DNA of 64,000 bases from Blastocladiella emersonii ATCC 22665 (lineage: Eukaryota; Fungi; Blastocladiomycota). The DNA lies in contig JANHCV010000009.1 of the NCBI GenBank assembly GCA_025594325.1, forward strand, positions 186,001 through 250,000, read 5' to 3'. The first letter of the stretch is position 1, and each line of letters starts with the position of its first letter. The notes below the pieces were generated by a model. It saw only the letters and a list, made by a program, of their open reading frames with translations. It did no database searches and had not been told where the DNA came from. Shown one piece after another: positions 57,876 to 64,000 of this stretch. Position numbers and translations under genes: made by a program.

Positions 57876-60176
57876 TTAATCGCGGTTTGCCACCAGCTTG
57901 GAAGCGGCACGACGAATTTCGCGAACTAATGCACACGCAACGTCGCCGCCGTTCCGCGTTGCCACGTCGACAGCTTGCTCGATCCAGTCCGCGTCTTTGA
58001 CACCTTCGAGCGCTCCTGTGGAGACAGCACGCCAGAAGCTGAGCGGGAGGGAAGTGTCGAAATCGACAGCATCGCCGAGTACGTCAAGCATGGCGGCCAG
58101 GCCGGCGCGGATCAGGAGCTGTACAAGGTTGCGGAGCGGATACGCCACGGTTTCGCACGCTGAGAGGCACCGAAGGATGCCACGTTTGTTGGTGCGCGTC
58201 GGCCAAGTGCGCAGTTTCGCAAGGTTGTCAACCAAGAAGAGGGCTTTCACAAGCTCCTCGGCGACAACAAGAGGGATGCGTTGAATGCACAGCGGATCAA
58301 GAGCCACGAGATCGCGGATAGTGTTGAGCCACGCGCGCTGATCCGAGATTGAGCATTCGCCACAAGTCTTGCCAAGAGGCGAAGCGAGCGGGAAGACGTG
58401 ACGACCAGCGCGGTCGGAGACCTGCGCCCAGACCATGGCGCCAAAGAGCGAGTGGGCTGTGTCGCTCTCCTTGATCAAAGCGATAGCATCGTTGCGAGTC
58501 GAACGACCTTGAACGGCAGCAACAACGACCCATGCGAGCTCGGCGCAGATTGGGCTCGTCAAGCAAAGAATGGTCGCGTTTGCAAGAAGAAACACGTCCC
58601 ACAGTTCCGTCGAGGGCTCGCTTGCAAACACGGCGGTCATAATCTTGCACGAGCTGGGGTTGAGAGAAGAGAGACCACCACCGTCATCACGCTGCAGAAC
58701 CGTTTCACGCAAGACCAAGGCAAGCTCGTGGCAAAGTCTCAGCGCCATTTCAGAGCGGTGCTGGCGCACAAACGCAAGAACGTCCCGCGGCCCACATTGA
58801 TCCAAGGCGAGATCGAGCGATGCACGGAAAGCTACACGCGTTATTGAGCGAGATCAGTCGACATTCGTTGTTTGTACCCGACGAGGAGAAAAGAGAAGAC
58901 CGCACCCCGCAGCACAGTGCGTTGAAAGGAATCACCAAGGAGTTGTGCGGACGTGACAGCAAGAGGACTGGCGGGCCCGCCGTCCGGTTTGCTCATCGCG
59001 TATCGAACAACAAAGCACCAGTCCGAGTCGTCGAGCAAGTTGTTATCATGAAGCAGGGTCAGGACCTCGCTGTTGATTGCAAACGGACGACCACCGAGCT
59101 TGCTGCTGAAGAGACCGCGGTCACCTTCCACGGTCGAACTATCCGTGTCATGAAGCAGCCTCGCTAATTGATGTAAAGCCGCTGGCACACGGACGAGATG
59201 GGTAATGAGGTGCACATTTTCGTAAAGCGGCGGCGAAGCCGTCCACGCCTCGTAAATAAGCCACTGGAGCATCTGCGCAGCTTGTTCAGTGAGATCGGGG
59301 TCATCTTGCGCGTCCCCAGGGAGACTCATCAAAAAGCGGGTGGAGAGTAACTTGTCTTTAAAGAAGCGAGCGGGCCAATGAGACTCGAGAGCAGATGCGG
59401 AAGCGGTAGTCAAAATGGAAAGTATTTCGACGTCCAGACAAAATACGGCAAAGACGCCCAAAAAATCAAGAAATCGCATTGGTTGCTCGGTCTTTTTCGC
59501 CGCCCAGGGCTCCACGTACTCAATAAGCACTTCGTAGAGGTCATAGTGCGATAGTATAAACCAAGTATGGACTGGCAGACGAATGGAAAAGACGTCGGGG
59601 AGTCGCTGGTGCGTCTTATCAAGTAGCCAAGTGAGGTTTTCCGGTTTCAGACGCACGGCAGCGAGGGTTAAGAGCTGACAGAGCGCTTCCACAGGAGAGT
59701 CCTTGCACTGGTGAGTATGGTCGGAACGAATCGAGTCCCCAAGTGCCGTAGTCTGCGTTTCTGGACTGGTACCGAGCGAGCGCAAGGCCAGCGATGCAAG
59801 CGGAAGAATGTGTTCAAAAAGCGCTGAAAAGAGCGACCGGAGAACTGCAGAAGCAGAACCACTGTCACCGTCGTGGCTGGGCAAGGTAGAGTAGCAGTAC
59901 TCGAGAAGCGCACCGCTATCCGACAGGAGAACGGAATCGCCAGCCTCGTATTCTTTCAGCCAGCCCGCAGGAGGGCCGTGGGGCAAGCAAGTGTCGGATC
60001 CATACGCCTTTGACGGGGGCGCTGTGTGAAAGGAAGTGAAGCTCGCGGGTCGCTGCACAGATAGCCAATTGGGGCTGGGCGAGCTGGAGCGCAAAAGTCA
60101 ACAGCTCGACGGGGAGCATGGCCAAAGTAGGGCGCTCGTTCGGTTGCAGCAAGTTTCTTTCATTCGCTTCGTTCAT
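57876..60176 (-). CDS. Family A paralog A5; a single +1 frameshift at 59980-83 (error or recent lesion)
   Basis: LAMLPVELLTFALQLAQP start; intron 58832..58905; C-terminal CGEC and FWRAVSTGALEGVKD. Confidence 0.7.
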
Positions 60177-60376
60177 GGTTGTTGCGGGCGAGAGCGAGAA
60201 GCTGAGGTGTTTCGATCGAGGCCAAGAGTTGATCGCTCGGGCGACATCACATCAACATCACGCGAGTGGCGCATCGCGGCGGATTCTTCACCACATTCCC
60301 CGACCCTCACTTTGTGGCAGCTCAAACTGTGATCCATTAAATCATACTCTCTGCGTGACCGCACAACTCACAGCGA

Positions 60377-61325
60377 CTACTCCTCGACCGCGCGCTTCTG
60401 CGCCTCGCCGCCAGCGGCCACGTCGCGCAGCTGCTTGGCGCCGCGGCCGAGCCGAAGCTCGCCCTTGTCCGTCTCGGGCGGCTGCCACGCCTTCTTCTCG
60501 TCGGAACCGACCTGCTGCCCGCCGCGGTGCATCGGGGCCGGGCCATGCGGGACCGCGCCGCGGCCAGCGCCAACCGTCGCGGTGCCGTGCGGGTCGGTCG
60601 CGTAGTGCGGGTGGCGCGCCTGCTTGCGGGCGGCGAGGATCTCGCGCAGGACGGCGTGAGCGCGACCCGCCGCGGCGGCGCACGCCTGGCAGTGCGCGTG
60701 CTCCGTGTGGCTGCCGCAGTGCGCGTGCACGCGCTCGGCCGACGACAGGACGAGCGCCAGGACGCCCGAGTAGTCGAGCGCGTCCGTGGCCAGGTGGTGC
60801 GCGCGGTCGCCGAGGTCCGACGGCGGCGCCATGGACTCGCCGGCCGGCGGCGGCGACGAGGTGACGGCGTGCTGGTGGATGCCAAGCGACTCGGAGCCCG
60901 CCGACACGAGGAGCCACGCGGCCTGGTGCGCGAGGTCTATGCAGCACGGCGGACGAGTTAGCGTCGTGTGGGCAGCGATTGAGTGAGGGAGAGGGAGCGT
61001 ACCGGCGTAGGTGCGGCAGCACTTGTAGCAGTCGACGCCCGCGCGCTCGGCTTTCTCGGCGCAGTACTTGGACAGCAGCGCCGACTCGTTGCTAAGCGGG
61101 AGAGCGCGCGGGTGCGTGCGTCAGCGCAGGCTCGCCGGGCGCAGGGTGAAGCGAGCGAGAGACGTACAGGATCATGGCCGCATCGAGATCCTACACACGA
61201 GCGACGAGCGACGCGTGAGTTAGCGATGGCCGCCGTGGCGATGACGAGGGCGCGGCGGGGAGACGCACCGCGTCGAGGATCTTGGAGAACGGCTGCTGCT
61301 CCTGCTCGGTGGTTGGCATCGACAT
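60377..61325 (-). CDS. Csp3/YhjQ (DUF326)-like four-helix-bundle protein, 242 aa; join(complement 61269..61325,61168..61190,61003..61091,60377..60936)
   Basis: Three canonical introns give 729 nt in frame. HCGSHTEHAHCQACAAA matches the ECGKH-DHDHCQACAKA-type motif of Csp3. Confidence 0.7.
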
Positions 61326-61514
61326 GGTGTGGTGTTTCGTTCCGTGGCGTGCCGTGGCGACGGTGGAGGAGAGCGGAAGGGCGGCGAGGAGGGGAGGCCG
61401 TGAAGGAAGGAGGGCCGACCCACCGAACGGCCGAGCGCCGAACGCGAAACGCGTCGGTCATCAGCGCGAGACCGAGACCGTGAGCAAAACTTCGCTATAT
61501 TCTTCACTCCACCA

Positions 61515-64000
61515 CTACGCGTCGGGCACGGGCGGCAGCACGACGCCGTCGACGCCGAGCATCGCGTACAGCTCGTCGCGGTGCGCCTTGACGTCTGCGA
61601 TGGGCAGAGTCCAGTCGACCTCGGTCAGGAGCGTCGTGACGCGGTCCACATCCCGCACCCCCGCATCACCGCCATCATCCTCGCACGCCTGCGCGTAGAT
61701 GGGCGCGCACGCGAGCAGCGTCTCGGCGGCGCCCTTGCGGACGCGCGGGTAGACGTGGCACGTCTGCTGCGCGAGGTACCGCGCCGCGCACGTCCGGGTC
61801 TCGCGGTGGGGCACGCCGGCGAGCCCGCCGAGCACCTTGAACGCGGCGAGAATCTTGTTCACGTCCTTGACCTTGGCGATCTCGCGGCGCACCGCGGCGT
61901 AGACGCCCGCGTGAAACGCGTCGGGCGCGTACAGGACCGACTGGTTCGCGTACAAAATATCGAGCGCGGTGAGGACGGGGAGAACGACGCGGTCCACGCG
62001 GTAGTTGGACGTCAGGGTCGCGAGAATGGCGTCGGTCGCCGCGGCGAGGGCAGCGTCGTCGTCCGCCAGCCCCTCGAGGTGGTCCATGAGCACCTGCCCC
62101 GCGGCCTTGACCAGCGACTCGGTCATGCCGCCCATGCACAGGAGGTACCCGAGGACCGCCGTCTCGCGGTAGAAGGGCTCGGCGAGGACGGGCGCGACGG
62201 CCGCGAGGACGCTGGCCGAGTTGGACCAGTCGAGCGACGGGCCGCCCGCAGCGGGCGCGACAACGCGCTGCAGCACGTCCACGGCCGGGATGTGCCCGGC
62301 AGCCTGCTGTGCCGCGAGCAGCCGCGCGAGGACGGGGCCCGCGACCTCGCGCACGCGGTCGATCTTGGACAGCGTCTGGTGGACGACGCCGCGCGCGATC
62401 GCGGGGACCACGGCCGCAGGATCCGCGAGCACCGCGTGCTCGACGACGAGCGCGAGCCCGGCCATGGCCTCCATGCGGACCCACGACCCGACGTCGCCGT
62501 GCGAGGTGGTCGTGTAGTCGTCGAGCGCACCCAAAAACGCGGCCACGATGCGCGCGACGGTCGCGGGCGGGAGCGCGGCGCCGTGCTGGACGACGTGTTT
62601 CCCGACAGCCTGCAGCGCGTTCTTCTTGGCCTCGGCGTCGATTTGGGGTTTCGCGAGGTTTTCGGTGGACGCGATCAGCGCCTCGACCGTCTGCACGCTG
62701 AGGTCGAGCGGCATCGCGACTTCGCCCAACGCGAGCGCGTACCCGCGGCGCGCGACCTGGTCGCCCGACGGCCGCGCGGCGTGGACCCACCACCCGACGA
62801 CGGCGGCGAGGCGCGCGGGGGAGACGCGGCGCAGGGCGGCGGCGGCCGTAGCCGCCGCTGCCTCCTGCAGGGGTACCTCCTTGCGCTCGACCGACGACTC
62901 GATGAGCGGGATGAGCAGGTCGATGGTGGCCTCGGGGACGGCGCACACGGTGGCGAGCGCGGCGACCAGCTTGAGCGCGCCCTGGCGCGTCAGCTCGGAC
63001 CCGAACGTCTGCAGGAACGCGGGCGCGATGGCGCGGAGCTGCGCGACGGCCGCGTCGGCGTGCGCGAGGGTAACCACCCCCGAACCGGCGGCGAGGATCA
63101 CCTCGGCGAGCGCGACGGCGGACCCGTGCCTCGTGCCGAGCTCGGTGCTGGTAATGGTCGGGAGGAGCGTGTCAAAGAGGTGCTGGAAGATATCGGGCTT
63201 GAGGTCCACAAGGACCCCCAACGCCTCGGCGGCGAGCACGCGCACGGCGGGGTCCCAGTGGAACACGCTGTTCTCGAGCAGGTACCGGACGCAGTACGGG
63301 TGGTACTCGTCGAACGCGGCGATGGCGCGGCCGGCGACGAGGAACGCGGACGCGCGGTTGCCGACGGTAAAGAAATCGGCCGCCGTCACGATATCGATGC
63401 CGTGCGGGAAGATCCCCTGGCGGCCGACATTCTCCTGGAACGCGGCCGAGGCCGCGCGGCGCACGTGCACCTCGCGGTCGTACATGGACACGCACACGAG
63501 CGACGGCGCGAGCCGGTGGACGTGCGGGCGCATGATATCCGGTGCATACGCGCGCGCAAACGACCAGCACACGTAGCAGGCGGCGTCGCGCACGGGGCTG
63601 CCGATCGAGTAGTTGCCGCGGCGAATGTCAAAGGTGAGGGCGAGCTGGATCCACGTCATGGCCGTGTCGAGGACCGCGGGCAGCAGCAGGCCGCGGCGCG
63701 CGAGCTCGGCGATCGACAGGCACGCGCCGTGCCACGTGTGCTCGGACACGCCCGAGATGTCGAGACTGTCCCCCGAAATCGAGGCGTGCACGTTCTCGTT
63801 GAACAAGTCAATGACCGACTGGACCACGTCGGCGGCGAGCTCCTCGGGCAGGCGGTACGTGATGCGGCCGACGCCCTTGGCGGCGGACCACCGCACGATG
63901 GTGTCGCGGTCGCGCAGCCCGGCGAGGACGACGTGCAGGACCTCCTCGATCTGCTCGGGGATCTCGTCATCTTCCTCCTCGTCCTCGTCGTGACGGGACG
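61515..64000 (-). CDS. TBCD: Tubulin-specific chaperone D (tubulin-folding cofactor D), 5' partial
   Basis: RWSAAKGVGRIT, WHGACLSIAELARRGLL, VRDAACYVCWSFARAY, RRAASAAFQENVGR and GDVGSWVR. Confidence 0.95.
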   Translation of the reverse strand, partial: SRHDEDEEEDDEIPEQIEEVLHVVLAGLRDRDTIVRWSAAKGVGRITYRLPEELAADVVQSVIDLFNENVHASISGDSLDISGVSEHTWHGACLSIAELARRGLLLPAVLDTAMTWIQLALTFDIRRGNYSIGSPVRDAACYVCWSFARAYAPDIMRPHVHRLAPSLVCVSMYDREVHVRRAASAAFQENVGRQGIFPHGIDIVTAADFFTVGNRASAFLVAGRAIAAFDEYHPYCVRYLLENSVFHWDPAVRVLAAEALGVLVDLKPDIFQHLFDTLLPTITSTELGTRHGSAVALAEVILAAGSGVVTLAHADAAVAQLRAIAPAFLQTFGSELTRQGALKLVAALATVCAVPEATIDLLIPLIESSVERKEVPLQEAAAATAAAALRRVSPARLAAVVGWWVHAARPSGDQVARRGYALALGEVAMPLDLSVQTVEALIASTENLAKPQIDAEAKKNALQAVGKHVVQHGAALPPATVARIVAAFLGALDDYTTTSHGDVGSWVRMEAMAGLALVVEHAVLADPAAVVPAIARGVVHQTLSKIDRVREVAGPVLARLLAAQQAAGHIPAVDVLQRVVAPAAGGPSLDWSNSASVLAAVAPVLAEPFYRETAVLGYLLCMGGMTESLVKAAGQVLMDHLEGLADDDAALAAATDAILATLTSNYRVDRVVLPVLTALDILYANQSVLYAPDAFHAGVYAAVRREIAKVKDVNKILAAFKVLGGLAGVPHRETRTCAARYLAQQTCHVYPRVRKGAAETLLACAPIYAQACEDDGGDAGVRDVDRVTTLLTEVDWTLPIADVKAHRDELYAMLGVDGVVLPPVPDA

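Noticed and set aside
14901-60273. GTGGCGCA motif near several A and B promoters
   Set aside because: About five copies are expected by chance at this GC content, and several of the observed copies come from duplication.

Overview
GC-rich eukaryotic genomic DNA with short GT-AG introns (GTACGG/GTGCGT/GTACGT donors, CTGAC/CTAAC/CTCAC branch sites). The gene content fits an early-diverging zoosporic fungus, most likely Blastocladiomycota (Allomyces/Blastocladiella-like); this assignment is inference. Core-gene blocks lie at ~1-8.1 kb (2OG-Fe(II) oxygenase, rhodanese-methyltransferase, Tim17-like, SH3 membrane protein, cytosolic Hsp70), ~42.7-49.9 kb (GGTase-I beta, U1A/U2B'', Mtf1-like, UBA-UBX-LRR) and ~60.3-64 kb (Csp/DUF326-like, TBCD). 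They flank two accessory islands (~8.2-42 kb and ~50-60.3 kb) undergoing gene birth and death. The islands carry five paralogs of an unrecognised F-box-like/CxxC family ('family A'), three secreted ricin-B-lectin plus Cys-rich-domain genes ('family B'), ankyrin-like and LRR genes, and many pseudogenes. They also hold a full-length decayed Ty1/copia element nested in a 377-bp element that itself interrupts a family-A gene, and a Gypsy integrase relic. The most notable observations are: an intron-containing homolog of bacterial copper-storage proteins that has lost most cysteines; a tandemly duplicated A+B gene pair; a G/Y/D/S repeat protein missed by the ORF track because of an amber codon at position 10; and strictly CpG-directed mutation confined to the transposon. 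All domain calls are by eye, with no database searches run.
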